Below, in pieces: positions 1-10,580 of a DNA stretch of 64,000 nucleotides. The stretch's first letter is position 1; the number at the start of each line of letters is the position of its first letter. Below the pieces are notes generated by a model. It had not been told where the DNA came from, did no database searches, and saw only the letters and a list, made by a program, of their open reading frames with translations. Origin of the DNA: Solobacterium sp. UBA3303 (GTDB taxonomy: Bacteria; Bacillota_I; Bacilli_A; Erysipelotrichales; Erysipelotrichaceae). The DNA is taken from positions 1,567-65,566 of the forward strand of contig DESX01000013.1 in assembly GCA_002362065.1 (NCBI GenBank). Reading direction: 5' to 3'. The position numbers and the translations under genes were made by a program.

Positions 1-1
1 C

Positions 2-1771
2 AAAACGTTTTTCTCCAAACCGTACAATGTGCTGCTGGTATTGTTCCTGGTCTTCCTGGGATTCCTTGTCGTACTCCCTCTGATCTCGATCGTCAGGGAT
101 ACCTTCATCGTTCACTCAGCTGAAAAATCCAGGGTCCATCAGGCAGTCGGCACGTTTACGACGTATCACTGGGAAAGACTGTTCGGCAAGCAGTTCTCCA
201 AATCCCTTCTGTGGGATCCTTTGAAGAACTCGATCGTGACAAGCGCCTGGGCATGTGTCGTTTCAATACTGATCGGCGGCTCCTTTGCCTGGCTGGTCTC
301 CCGCAGTGATATGCGCTGGAAAAAGCTTTTAACGAAACTTTTCATCTTCCCTTACATCATGCCGAGCTGGACACTGGCTCTGGCCTGGAAGAACTTTTTC
401 AAGAACATCGATATCACCGGTTCCAACGGTATCTTCTATTCCCTGACGGGTCTTCAGGTACCGACCTGGTTTGCCTATGGTGAATTCCCGATCATCATCG
501 TGACTGGTCTTCACTATGCGCCATTCGCCTATATCCTGATCGGCGGTATCCTGCACAACATGGATGCCAACCTCGAGGAAGCGGCGATCATCTTAAAGAC
601 GAGCCGTTTAAGGATGTTTTTACGCATCACGATCCCGATCGTCATGCCGGCCGTTCTTTCGACGATCATCCTGGTCTTCTCCGGCGCAATGGCATCCTTT
701 GCCACGCCGCAGTTCCTGGGCCTGCCGGTAAGATACTTCGTGCTGACGACCGAACTCTATGCTTCGATCAACGGCACCAATCCGGGCGTCGGCTATATCC
801 TGGCGATGATCATGATTTTGATCTCCGTCATCATCATGGCGGTCAACCAGCGTCTGATCGGAAGCCGCAAATCCTATGCGACCGTTACCGGCAAGAGTGC
901 CAACATCTCGATCTTCCATCTGGGTGTCTGGCGTACGCCGATCTCCATACTGGCCTTCATCGTCGTCATGTGCATGTCGGTCATCCCACTGGTCACCTTT
1001 GCCTTGGAATCCTTACTGGCATATACCGGTGTCTATGATTTCAGCAATCTGACATTAAGCTTCTGGATCGGCCAGGCACAGGGCCATGACACCTGGCAAT
1101 CGGAATCAGGCATCCTGCGTAACGCGGAAGTCTACCGCACCTTGTGGAACTCTTTGAAGCTTGCCTTCACCTGTTCTTTGGGTGCCGGAACATTAGGCTT
1201 CCTTGCCGGTTATTCGATCGTCCGAAGAAGGGGAAGTCTTCTTTCAAGACTGGTCGAAGATCTGACCTTTATCCCGTATCTGATCCCGTCCATGGCATTC
1301 TCGGCGATCTATCTGTCGATGTTTGCCACAAAGCACGGCATCATCCCGTCCTTGTACGGATCCTTTGCGATACTCGCTCTGATCGGTACGATCAAGTATC
1401 TGCCGATGGCTTCAAGAAGCGGCGTCAACTCGATGCTGCAGCTCTCGCCGGAGATCGAGGAAGCCGGTATCATCATGGGCGTTCCATGGGTCAAGCGCAT
1501 GACGCGCATCATCATCCCGATCGAAAAGACGACGATCGTTTCCGGCTATCTGCTGCCGTTCATATCAGCGATGAGGGAACTTTCACTGTTCGTCATCCTG
1601 GTCACAGCCAACAACAGAGTGCTCACCACATTGCTGCTGTTCTATGATGAGAAAGGCTACACCCAGTTCTCGAATGCGGTGAACCTGCTGATCATCATTG
1701 TCGTGCTTGTGATCAACTTTACGGTCGAGAAGCTGACAGGTGCTTCCATTGAAAAAGGTGTAGGAGGATAA
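2..1771 (+). CDS. ABC transporter permease, FbpB/AfuB-type (two BPD_transp_1 repeats); probably 5'-truncated by the window edge
   Basis: About 12 TM segments and two EAA loops (LEEAAIILK, IEEAGIIMG). The frame is open from position 2; the ORF track start is GTG 29. Confidence 0.85.
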   Translation, partial: KTFFSKPYNVLLVLFLVFLGFLVVLPLISIVRDTFIVHSAEKSRVHQAVGTFTTYHWERLFGKQFSKSLLWDPLKNSIVTSAWACVVSILIGGSFAWLVSRSDMRWKKLLTKLFIFPYIMPSWTLALAWKNFFKNIDITGSNGIFYSLTGLQVPTWFAYGEFPIIIVTGLHYAPFAYILIGGILHNMDANLEEAAIILKTSRLRMFLRITIPIVMPAVLSTIILVFSGAMASFATPQFLGLPVRYFVLTTELYASINGTNPGVGYILAMIMILISVIIMAVNQRLIGSRKSYATVTGKSANISIFHLGVWRTPISILAFIVVMCMSVIPLVTFALESLLAYTGVYDFSNLTLSFWIGQAQGHDTWQSESGILRNAEVYRTLWNSLKLAFTCSLGAGTLGFLAGYSIVRRRGSLLSRLVEDLTFIPYLIPSMAFSAIYLSMFATKHGIIPSLYGSFAILALIGTIKYLPMASRSGVNSMLQLSPEIEEAGIIMGVPWVKRMTRIIIPIEKTTIVSGYLLPFISAMRELSLFVILVTANNRVLTTLLLFYDEKGYTQFSNAVNLLIIIVVLVINFTVEKLTGASIEKGVGG

Positions 1772-1775
1772 AGAA

Positions 1776-2888
1776 ATGCCAACGATTAGATTAGTTGATA
1801 TAACCAAAAAATTCGGCAAGGGTTCCCTGGCCGTTGATAAACTGAACATGGAGATCAAAAACGGCGAATTCGTTTCGCTGCTGGGTCCTTCGGGCTGCGG
1901 CAAGACGACGACGCTTAGAATGATCGCGGGTCTTGAAACGCCGACGGAAGGTGAGATCTACTTTGATGATGAATGCGTCTTTTCCGATGAAAAGGGCATC
2001 AACCTTTCCCCGGACAAGCGAAACGTCGGTTTCCTGTTTCAGAACTATGCATTATGGCCTCACATGACGGTCTACAAGAACATCTCCTTTGGTCTTGAAA
2101 ACATGAAGTGGCCAAAAGACAAGATCGACGCAAGGGTCAAAGAGATCTGCAAGACCATGCGTATCGAAGAATACATGAACCGCTATCCGGCAGAGCTCTC
2201 TGGTGGTCAGCAGCAGCGTGTCGCCATCGCAAGAACACTGGCACCAAATCCAAAAGTCTTACTGATGGATGAACCTTTGTCCAACCTCGATGCGAAATTA
2301 AGGAACGACATGCGTGCCGAACTCAAGAGACTTCACAAGACGACGGATTCCACCTTCGTCTACGTCACCCATGACCAGTCGGAAGCCATGACGCTGTCCA
2401 GCAAGGTCGCTTTGATCAAGCTCGGCATCCTGCAGCAGTACTGCCCGCCGCTTGAGCTCTATGGCGAACCGGCCAACATCTTCTGTGCGGACTTCATGGG
2501 CAACCCGTCCATGAACTTCGTCGATGTCAAAGGCGTCAAGGACGGTGATTCTCTGATCTTAAGCAACGATCACTTCAAAGTGCGTTTCACGCCAAACGAA
2601 AAGATCGAACTGAAAGATAAGGATTATGTCATCGGTATCCGTCCGGAATTCGTGAAGATCTGCGATGATGGCATTGAAGCCAAAGTCATCTCATCCCTTC
2701 CTTCCGGCATGGAAACCACACTGTCCTTAGGCATTGGCACAGTCACACTGGCAGCCGTTGCCTTTGGCTCCGTTGACTACGCCATGGATTCCACCGTTCA
2801 TTTTGATTTTGAAGGAAACAGATACGTTCTCTTTGACAAGGAAAGTGAAGAGAACCTGACACTTGGATCCCTTGAGATCGTTGAATGA
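1776..2888 (+). CDS. ABC transporter ATP-binding subunit (FbpC/MalK-like)
   Basis: Walker A GPSGCGKT, LSGGQQQR signature, Walker B LLMDEP; SD ggagg upstream. Confidence 0.95.
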   Translation: MPTIRLVDITKKFGKGSLAVDKLNMEIKNGEFVSLLGPSGCGKTTTLRMIAGLETPTEGEIYFDDECVFSDEKGINLSPDKRNVGFLFQNYALWPHMTVYKNISFGLENMKWPKDKIDARVKEICKTMRIEEYMNRYPAELSGGQQQRVAIARTLAPNPKVLLMDEPLSNLDAKLRNDMRAELKRLHKTTDSTFVYVTHDQSEAMTLSSKVALIKLGILQQYCPPLELYGEPANIFCADFMGNPSMNFVDVKGVKDGDSLILSNDHFKVRFTPNEKIELKDKDYVIGIRPEFVKICDDGIEAKVISSLPSGMETTLSLGIGTVTLAAVAFGSVDYAMDSTVHFDFEGNRYVLFDKESEENLTLGSLEIVE

Positions 2889-3532
2889 TGGAAAAGGAAC
2901 CATTTGAAAACAGAATGAATAAACTCGCAGGACGACTCACCAACATCGTCCTGCTTGGTTTTTTTACGCTTGTCTGCTCCCTGCCGGTCTTTACGGCAGG
3001 TGCGGCTTTTACCGCCTTGTATGTGTCGATGAAGCAGTATCTCAAATACGAGGAAGACAAGGCATTGAGGATCTTCTTTCCGGCCTTTAAGGAAAGATTC
3101 TGGATCTCGACGAAGGTCTTTCTTGTACATCTTGTTTTGATCGCGATCTTTGTCTGGGATCTTCTGTATTACCGGACCGGCAATTCGACGATCGACTACA
3201 TCGGCCAGGCGGGAAGCTTTTCTTTGCTGATGCTTAGCATATTTGAACTGACGGTGGTCTTTGTGGTGATCGGAGAGGAGCTTTGTGAAAACAAAGCCCT
3301 TGTCGTCATCAGGACCGCTCTGGATATGGCCTTTTCCTGTTTCAAGGAATCCGCTTCCCTGCTGGGATTAACGATCGCGGCAATCGTGATCTGCGTCGTG
3401 CTGTTAAGGCCGTTTATCCTGGTACTTCCGGGTGTGATCGCCTATCTTCACTATCCGATCATTGAAAAGATGCTAGAACGCTATCGTTTTCAAGTCAATC
3501 ACAAACAATATCTCAAGAGGGAAAAGAAATGA
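2885..3532 (+). CDS. YesL/DUF624 family membrane protein
   Basis: SLPVFTAGAAFTALY motif and multiple TM helices; ATGA overlap with the upstream gene. Confidence 0.75.
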   Translation: MMEKEPFENRMNKLAGRLTNIVLLGFFTLVCSLPVFTAGAAFTALYVSMKQYLKYEEDKALRIFFPAFKERFWISTKVFLVHLVLIAIFVWDLLYYRTGNSTIDYIGQAGSFSLLMLSIFELTVVFVVIGEELCENKALVVIRTALDMAFSCFKESASLLGLTIAAIVICVVLLRPFILVLPGVIAYLHYPIIEKMLERYRFQVNHKQYLKREKK

Positions 3533-4485
3533 AATATAAAAAGGTCGAACGTTTAGGGATCGAAGTTTCTGCGATCGCCTTAGGCACCTGGGGTATCGGC
3601 GCTGCCGGCTGGGGCGATGTGAAGGATGAAGAGTCGATCGAAACGATCCGCTATATGGTGGAGCGCGGTGTCAACGTCATCGATACCGCACCGGTCTATG
3701 GCCTTGGTCATTCCGAGATGATCGTCGGCAAAGCTTTGGGAGGCATCAGAGACAAGGTCTTCCTGGTCTCCAAATGCGGCATCACCCGCAAAAAGGCGAC
3801 CGGTTTTGGAAAGGATGGTCCAATAAGGGACTCTTCACCGGAAATGATCCTGAAACAGGTGGATGAAAGTCTGGAGAGATTAAAGACCGATCATCTTGAT
3901 CTCTTATTGATCCACTGGCCGGATGTCAATACGCCGTTTGAAAAGACCGCAGAGGCTCTTGAACAGCTCAAAGCGGAAGGAAAGATCCGCTTCAGCGGCA
4001 TCTGCAATTTTGAAAACGATCAGATCGACGCGTTCTATGAAACCGGACAGCTCGACTTTGCGCAATACCAGTATTCACTGCTGGAAGACAAGTGGCAAAG
4101 AAACCTTCACAAGTACCATGAGCTTGGCGTTGCCACGATGGCCTATGGTGCTTTGGGCGGCGGCATCCTGACGGGTGCTTATCGCAAGATGCCGACATTT
4201 GCGGATGATGACATGCGTCTGAACTTCTATCCGTTCTTTAAAGAGGGGCGCTTTGAAAAGACGATGGAGCTTCTTGAAGTGATGGATGAGATCGCAAAAA
4301 ATCACAATGTCGATGTCGGCGAGGTGGCGATCAATTACACGGCTGATCATAAAGATGTCACGATGGCCCTGGTCGGCTGTTCAAAGCCAAAACACGCAAA
4401 GATGAACTGCGATGCATTGGAGTGGCAGATGAGTGATGCAGAAAAAGCCATCCTGGAAGAGGCGGCAAAAAAAGCCCGTACATAA
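3529..4485 (+). CDS. Aldo/keto reductase
   Basis: ALGTW, IDTAPVYG, SLERLKTDHLDLLLIHWPD motifs. Confidence 0.93.
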   Translation: MKYKKVERLGIEVSAIALGTWGIGAAGWGDVKDEESIETIRYMVERGVNVIDTAPVYGLGHSEMIVGKALGGIRDKVFLVSKCGITRKKATGFGKDGPIRDSSPEMILKQVDESLERLKTDHLDLLLIHWPDVNTPFEKTAEALEQLKAEGKIRFSGICNFENDQIDAFYETGQLDFAQYQYSLLEDKWQRNLHKYHELGVATMAYGALGGGILTGAYRKMPTFADDDMRLNFYPFFKEGRFEKTMELLEVMDEIAKNHNVDVGEVAINYTADHKDVTMALVGCSKPKHAKMNCDALEWQMSDAEKAILEEAAKKART

Positions 4486-4491
4486 ACAAAC

Positions 4492-4525
4492 AAAAATCCT
4501 GGCCTTGCGGTCAGGATTTTTTCTT
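4492..4525. terminator. Bidirectional intrinsic terminator
   Basis: aaaaatcctggcc-ttgc-ggtcaggattttt hairpin between convergent genes. Confidence 0.85.
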
Positions 4526-5011
4526 CTAGATCAGTTCGATCGTTTTGATCTTTTGCGGCTCCAATGGCTTATCGCGGAAGTCAGTTCTGACATTTGCGAT
4601 CTCATCGACGACTTCGATGCCGCTGGTGAGCTTGCCGAAAGCTGCGTACTGGCCATCGAGATGCGGTGCATCCTGGTGCATGATGAAGAATTGCGAAGAG
4701 GCGGAGTTCGGATCCATCGTTCTCGCCATTGAAAGGACGCCTCTGGTGTGCTTGAGCTCATTGACAAAGCCGTTGGAGAGGAATTCACCGCGGATGGTCT
4801 TTTCAGATCCGCCCATGCCTGTGCCGGTCGGATCGCCGCCCTGTATCATGAAGCCTTTGATGACTCTGTGGAAGATGATGCCGTCAAAGAATTTTTCCTT
4901 GATCAGCTGCACAAAATTGGCAACTGTTTCCGGCGCTGTGTCCGGATAAAGCTCGGCTTCCATCTGTTTTCCGTTTTCCATAATGATTCTGATTTTAATA
5001 TTTTCCATCAT
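4526..5011 (-). CDS. Cyclophilin-type peptidyl-prolyl cis-trans isomerase
   Basis: FHRVIKGFMIQGGDP, SMAR, SQFFI, HLDGQYAAFG motifs. Confidence 0.96.
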   Translation of the reverse strand: MMENIKIRIIMENGKQMEAELYPDTAPETVANFVQLIKEKFFDGIIFHRVIKGFMIQGGDPTGTGMGGSEKTIRGEFLSNGFVNELKHTRGVLSMARTMDPNSASSQFFIMHQDAPHLDGQYAAFGKLTSGIEVVDEIANVRTDFRDKPLEPQKIKTIELI

Positions 5012-5081
5012 TCATAACCTCGTATCCTCATTCTAACATTTTGAGATATAATATTTTCAAATAAATAGATCGGAGGCAGAC

Positions 5082-6431
5082 ATGAACAGATATGTTGAAG
5101 ATGTAATAGCTTATGTTGAAGACAAATATGCCCATCAGCCTGAATTCGTCCAGACTGTAGAAGAAGTTCTGACTTCGATCGCTCCGGTCGTCGACAAACA
5201 CCCGGAGTATGAGAAAGCAGATCTTCTCAAGAGAATGGTCGAACCCGAAAGGATCTTCAGATTTCGGGTCGTATGGACGGATGATCAGGGAAAGACGCAG
5301 ACAAATGTGGGCTATCGCTGCCAGTTCAATGGTGCGATCGGACCTTACAAGGGCGGTCTTCGATTCAAGGACAATGTCAATGAAAGCCTGATGAAGTTCC
5401 TGGGTTTTGAACAGACATTCAAAAATTCACTGACCGGTCAGCCGATCGGCGGTGCAAAAGGCGGAAGTGATTTCGATCCGAAGGGCAAATCAGATGGCGA
5501 GATCATGCGTTTCTGCCAGAGTTTCATGACGGCTTTATACCGTTATATCGGACCGGATGTCGATGTACCGGCCGGTGACATCGGTGTCGGTTCCAGAGAG
5601 ATCGGCTATCTCTATGGCCAGTACAGAAGGCTCAAAGGCGCTTTTGAAAACGGCGTCCTCACCGGCAAGGGTTTAAGCTATGGCGGATCCCTGATCCGTC
5701 CGGAAGCGACCGGCTATGGTGCGATATATTATCTTGAAGAAGTTTTAAAACACGAAGGCGATTCGCTGCAAGGCAAAAAGATCGCAGTCTCCGGTTATGG
5801 CAATGTCTCCTGGGGCATCATGAAGAAAGCTGCCCAGCTGGGTGCCAAGGTCACCTACATGTCCGGTTCTGCCGGATACATCCATGACGAAGAGGGCATC
5901 TCCACGCCGGAGAAGCTGCAGTTCATCCTGGACCTTCGTGCCAGCAATTCCAAGGATCTGAAATCCTATGCGGATAAATTCGGCTGTGAGTTCTATCCGA
6001 ACCAGACCTTCTGGGGCGTCGATGACGTCGATATCTACATGCCTGCCGCAACGCAGAACGAAGTCGGCATGGCCGAAGCGGAAAAGATCGTGAAGTCCGG
6101 TATAAAGTACTATCTGGAAGTATCCAACATGCCGACATCCAACGAAGCGATACAGTATATGAAGGAGCACGGTATCATCGTGGCGCCATCCAAGGCAGTC
6201 AACGCCGGAGGCGTCGGTGTCTCGGCGCTTGAAATGTCACAGAACTCCGAGCGTCTTTCCTGGACGGAAGAGGAAGTCGACAACAGACTGAAGACCATGA
6301 TGAAGAACATCTACGACAAGTCTGTTGAAGCTGCAGCCCGTTATGGCCTGGGCTATGATCTGATCGCCGGAGGCAATATCGCCGGTTTTGAAAAAGTGGC
6401 ACAGGCGATGATGGAACAGGGTTTATTCTGA
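5082..6431 (+). CDS. gdhA: Glutamate dehydrogenase (NADP-type)
   Basis: GPYKGGLRF, GGAKGG, DVPAGDIGVG, RPEATGYG, NAGGV motifs; SD ggagg. Confidence 0.96.
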   Translation: MNRYVEDVIAYVEDKYAHQPEFVQTVEEVLTSIAPVVDKHPEYEKADLLKRMVEPERIFRFRVVWTDDQGKTQTNVGYRCQFNGAIGPYKGGLRFKDNVNESLMKFLGFEQTFKNSLTGQPIGGAKGGSDFDPKGKSDGEIMRFCQSFMTALYRYIGPDVDVPAGDIGVGSREIGYLYGQYRRLKGAFENGVLTGKGLSYGGSLIRPEATGYGAIYYLEEVLKHEGDSLQGKKIAVSGYGNVSWGIMKKAAQLGAKVTYMSGSAGYIHDEEGISTPEKLQFILDLRASNSKDLKSYADKFGCEFYPNQTFWGVDDVDIYMPAATQNEVGMAEAEKIVKSGIKYYLEVSNMPTSNEAIQYMKEHGIIVAPSKAVNAGGVGVSALEMSQNSERLSWTEEEVDNRLKTMMKNIYDKSVEAAARYGLGYDLIAGGNIAGFEKVAQAMMEQGLF

Positions 6432-6850
6432 TGGAAGCTTTAAAGGAATACGTAAAACACTATTACACAACTGAGAATTACAATTGCGCAGAGGCGATCA
6501 TTCATGGCGCCAATGACTGTTACGGACTCAACATTACCGAAGACGACATGAAGATGTTCGGCGCTTATGGTTCGGGCATCTATGCGGGACTTGTCTGCGG
6601 TGCTCTGGTCTCAGGAGCTGCCGTCTTATCGAAAATGGTCGTTGTAAACAAGGCCAGGGAAGAAGGCGACACGGTCAGACCCGTGATCAATGGCTTTGTA
6701 AGGACCTTCAACGAGATCCTGCAGGGCAACTCCTGCAGGGAGCTTCGCCCAAAGTACTTCAATCCCAAGGAGTCTTGCTTACAGACAGTGCTGCTGGCAA
6801 GCGAGGCACTGGAGATCTGCGTAAACAAACTGAAACAGGAGAGTATGTGA
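6431..6850 (+). CDS. C_GCAxxG_C_C family putative redox protein
   Basis: Cys pattern NCAE...CGALVSG...SCREL...C. Confidence 0.85.
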   Translation: MEALKEYVKHYYTTENYNCAEAIIHGANDCYGLNITEDDMKMFGAYGSGIYAGLVCGALVSGAAVLSKMVVVNKAREEGDTVRPVINGFVRTFNEILQGNSCRELRPKYFNPKESCLQTVLLASEALEICVNKLKQESM

Positions 6851-6869
6851 ATGCATACTCTTTTTCTTT
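6841..6869 (+). terminator. Intrinsic terminator
   Basis: gagtatg-tgaatg-catactc followed by a T tract. Confidence 0.65.
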
Positions 6870-6914
6870 GATGTCTTATAATGAATATAGAACATATTTA
6901 TAAGGGGACATCAT

Positions 6915-8249
6915 ATGAAACTGAATTACAAGAGAACCTTTATCGTCGGACTGGCTTTTTTGTCGATCTGCGCCTTCTGGCAAATGTACGACAATGTCGT
7001 TCCGCTCATTTTGACGAATACCTTCCATCTCAATGAGACGTATTCCGGTGCGATCATGGCAGCCGACAATATCCTGGCACTTTTCCTTCTGCCGTTTTTC
7101 GGTTCCCTTTCCGACAAGACGGATACAAGGATCGGCAAGCGCATGCCTTACATCCTGTTTGGCACGGGCTGTGCGATCATACTGATGAACATACTGCCGT
7201 TTATCGATAACAGCTATTATACGCAGCCAAGCTCTTTCAAGATGATCAGCTTTGTCGTGGTACTGGGCCTGCTGCTGATCGCGATGGGCACCTACCGCTC
7301 GCCGGCCGTTGCCTTAATGCCGGATGTCACACCAAAACCGCTTCGTTCCAAGGCAAATGCGATCATCAATCTGATGGGTGCCGTCGGCGGCATCATCTAC
7401 TTAGGCATTGCGGCTGTTTTATATCCGAATTCCAAGACCGTTGGCGTTGCCCATGTCAATTACCAGATCTTATTCGTGGTCGTTTCGGCGATCATGTTTG
7501 TGGCTGTCGGACTCTTATTCCTGATCATCAAGGAAAAAGACCTCGTTCTGGAAAACAGACTTCTGGAATCCGAACATCCGGAATGGAACCTGGCTGAGGA
7601 AGACGGGTCCGGTCATGAACAATTGCCGCCGGAAGTCAAACGCTCTTTAGGTTTCCTTCTGGCATCGATCGCCTTATGGTTCATCGGCTACAACGGCGTC
7701 ACGACATGGTTTACGACCTATGTTGCCAACGTCATGGGCCAGGGCCTGGGCGGTGCTTCCACATGTCTTTTGGTGGCAACGGCAGGTGCGATCGTCTCCT
7801 ACATCCCGATCGGAAACATCGCTTCCAAGATCGGCCGCAGGAAGACCATCATGGGCGGTATCGTATTGTTGTCTTTGATGTTTGCACTTGGCTTTGTTCT
7901 GACCAACATCTTCAAGACCATCAACCTGATCATGTACATCTCCTTCGCTTTAGTCGGTCTTGCCTGGGCAGCGATCAACGTTAACTCGCTTCCGATGGTC
8001 GTTGAGATGTGCAAGGGTTCCGATATCGGCAAATTTACCGGTTACTATTACACCGCATCCATGGCGGCGCAGATCGTCACACCGATCCTGGCTGGTACTT
8101 TGATGCGTCTGATCTCCTACAAGATCCTGTTCATCTATTCGGCGTTCTTTGTCTTGCTGTCCTTTGTGACGATGACCCAGGTCAGACACGGCGACCAGAA
8201 GGTCGAGGCAAAGAAAGGCCTTGAGGCATACGAAGCAATGGATGACTAA
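6915..8249 (+). CDS. MFS transporter (sucrose/maltose-like, SLC45-like)
   Basis: GSLSDKTDTRIGKRMPY motif A; 12 TM segments. Confidence 0.88.
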   Translation: MKLNYKRTFIVGLAFLSICAFWQMYDNVVPLILTNTFHLNETYSGAIMAADNILALFLLPFFGSLSDKTDTRIGKRMPYILFGTGCAIILMNILPFIDNSYYTQPSSFKMISFVVVLGLLLIAMGTYRSPAVALMPDVTPKPLRSKANAIINLMGAVGGIIYLGIAAVLYPNSKTVGVAHVNYQILFVVVSAIMFVAVGLLFLIIKEKDLVLENRLLESEHPEWNLAEEDGSGHEQLPPEVKRSLGFLLASIALWFIGYNGVTTWFTTYVANVMGQGLGGASTCLLVATAGAIVSYIPIGNIASKIGRRKTIMGGIVLLSLMFALGFVLTNIFKTINLIMYISFALVGLAWAAINVNSLPMVVEMCKGSDIGKFTGYYYTASMAAQIVTPILAGTLMRLISYKILFIYSAFFVLLSFVTMTQVRHGDQKVEAKKGLEAYEAMDD

Positions 8250-8272
8250 AATGACCTGCGGGTCATTTTTTT
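8248..8272 (+). terminator. Intrinsic terminator
   Basis: aaaatgacc-tgcg-ggtcatttttt. Confidence 0.85.
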
Positions 8273-8339
8273 CTGCATATTCTTACAGGGAAGGAAAGAA
8301 ACAAGGGTAGCCATGGTACAATAGGGATGAAGGAATTTA

Positions 8340-9560
8340 TTGCATATGTATCAGGGAATCAATGTTTTCAGTGAGATCGCTCCTTTAAAAACGGTCCTGC
8401 TTCATCGGCCGGGTAAGGAGCTTTTAAATCTGACTCCGGACACGCTTTCGGAACTGCTTTTTGACGATATTCCGTTTCTCAAGATCGCCAGACAGGAACA
8501 TGACATCTTTGCCGGGATCTTAAGGGAGAACGGCGTCAAGGTCCTCTATCTGGAAGAGCTGATGCGGGAAGTCCTGGAAGACAAGGAAGTCAGAAAGGCC
8601 TTCATTCAGCAGTTTGTTGAAGAGGGCTGCTTTGACAAGCGCTATCACAAGTCGCTCATTTCGTATCTGGAAAGTTTTGAGGATGATCTGCAGCTGGTCT
8701 TGAAGACGATGGAAGGCATCAAGTACAATGAAGTGTCCTCCGACATCGAAGTCTCTCTCGCCGATCTGACCGGTGACAGCAACAACATGTTAGTTGCACC
8801 GATGCCAAACCTCTACTTCACCAGGGACCCGTTTGCCACGATCGGCAATGGCGTGTGCATCAACCGCATGTACTACGAGACGCGAAGAAGAGAGACCATC
8901 TATGGCGATTACATCTTCCATCACCATCCGCTATACAAGGATATCAGAAAATACTACGACCGCAAGGATCCGTATCACATCGAGGGCGGCGATATCCTCA
9001 ATCTCAGCAAGGAGACCATAGCCATCGGCATCTCGCAAAGGACGGAAGCCAATGCGATCGAATTTCTCGCAAAGCACATCTTTCACGATGAGCAGAGTCC
9101 TTTGAAGAAGATCCTGGTCTTCTCGATCCCGAAGAACCGTTCATTCATGCATCTGGACACCGTGTTCACCCAGATCGATCATGACAAGTTCACGATCCAT
9201 CCGATGATCTCGGATACACTGCGTGTCTTCTCGCTGGAAAGAGGAACACAGGGAAACTTCTCGATCAAAAGAGAAGACGATGGCCTGGAATCGATCTTAG
9301 CCAAAGCACTCAAATTAAGTTCGTGCAAGCTCATACGCTGCGGCGGCGATGATTATATCGCCTCACAAAGGGAACAGTGGAACGATGGTTCCAATACCCT
9401 GTGCATTGCGCCAGGCAAGATCTTAGTCTATGAACGCAATGAGATCACCAACCGCTTGCTGGAATCCTATGGCATTGAAGTCTTATGCATGCCAAGCTCC
9501 GAACTCTCCCGAGGACGAGGCGGACCGCGCTGCATGTCAATGCCGTTATACAGAAAATAA
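8340..9560 (+). CDS. arcA: Arginine deiminase
   Basis: SEI, LLFDD, FTRDP, EGGD, MHLDT, SELSRGRGGPRCMSMP. The start may be ATG 8346. Confidence 0.97.
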   Translation: MHMYQGINVFSEIAPLKTVLLHRPGKELLNLTPDTLSELLFDDIPFLKIARQEHDIFAGILRENGVKVLYLEELMREVLEDKEVRKAFIQQFVEEGCFDKRYHKSLISYLESFEDDLQLVLKTMEGIKYNEVSSDIEVSLADLTGDSNNMLVAPMPNLYFTRDPFATIGNGVCINRMYYETRRRETIYGDYIFHHHPLYKDIRKYYDRKDPYHIEGGDILNLSKETIAIGISQRTEANAIEFLAKHIFHDEQSPLKKILVFSIPKNRSFMHLDTVFTQIDHDKFTIHPMISDTLRVFSLERGTQGNFSIKREDDGLESILAKALKLSSCKLIRCGGDDYIASQREQWNDGSNTLCIAPGKILVYERNEITNRLLESYGIEVLCMPSSELSRGRGGPRCMSMPLYRK

Positions 9561-9578
9561 TAAGAGGGGGAAAATAAT

Positions 9579-10580
9579 ATGAAATTACAGGGAAGAAGCT
9601 TTTTAAAACTTCTGGATTATTCAAGTGAAGAGATCGAATATCTGCTCGATCTGTCCGCACGCTTCAAACAGATGAAAAAGGAAGGGGTCCCGCACCGCTT
9701 CCTGGAAGGAAAAAATATCGTTCTTTTGTTTGAAAAGACCTCGACGAGGACAAGATGTTCCTTTGAAGTGGCAGGACATGACTTAGGCATGGGTGTGACC
9801 TATCTTGATGCCGCCTCTTCGCAAATGGGACACAAGGAATCGATCGCCGATACCGCAAGAGTTTTAGGCAGGATCTATGATGGCATCGAGTACCGCGGCT
9901 ATGGACAGAAGATCGTCGAAGATCTTGCGAAGTATGCCGGTGTGCCGGTCTTCAACGGTCTGACCGATGAATTCCATCCGACACAGATGCTGGCGGATGT
10001 TCTGACGATCAAGGAACATTTCGGCGACTACCGCGGCCGGAAGCTGGTCTTCATGGGTGACGCAAGAAACAATGTCGCCAATTCCTTAATGGTTGTATGC
10101 GCGAAGCTTGGCATCCATTTTGTTGCCTGTGCGCCAAAGCAGAACTTCCCGGAAGCTTCACTGGTCGAAGAATGCGAAAAGATCGCCAAAGCTAACGGCT
10201 CTACGGTCTCACTGATCTCCGATGTCAAAGAGGCAGTGACGGACGCCGATGTCATCTATACCGATATCTGGGTTTCGATGGGCGAAGCCAAGGAACTCTG
10301 GGCGGAACGTATCAGATTATTGAGTCCATACCAGGTCAACAAGGAAGTCATGAGTTATGCAAAGAAGGATGCGATCTTCCTTCATTGCCTGCCTTCCTTC
10401 CACGATCTCAATACGACAGTTGGCAAACAGATCTATGAGAAATTCGGTCTCAAAGAAATGGAAGTCAGCGACGACGTCTTTGAATCTGAACAGTCAAAAG
10501 TCTTTGATGAAGCGGAGAACCGCATGCACACGATAAAGGCGGTCATATATGCCTGCTTATCTGATGGAAAAGACTTCTGA
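9579..10580 (+). CDS. arcB: Ornithine carbamoyltransferase (catabolic by context)
   Basis: STRTR, HPTQ, HCLP, AENRMH motifs; lies between arcA and arcC. Confidence 0.95.
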   Translation: MKLQGRSFLKLLDYSSEEIEYLLDLSARFKQMKKEGVPHRFLEGKNIVLLFEKTSTRTRCSFEVAGHDLGMGVTYLDAASSQMGHKESIADTARVLGRIYDGIEYRGYGQKIVEDLAKYAGVPVFNGLTDEFHPTQMLADVLTIKEHFGDYRGRKLVFMGDARNNVANSLMVVCAKLGIHFVACAPKQNFPEASLVEECEKIAKANGSTVSLISDVKEAVTDADVIYTDIWVSMGEAKELWAERIRLLSPYQVNKEVMSYAKKDAIFLHCLPSFHDLNTTVGKQIYEKFGLKEMEVSDDVFESEQSKVFDEAENRMHTIKAVIYACLSDGKDF

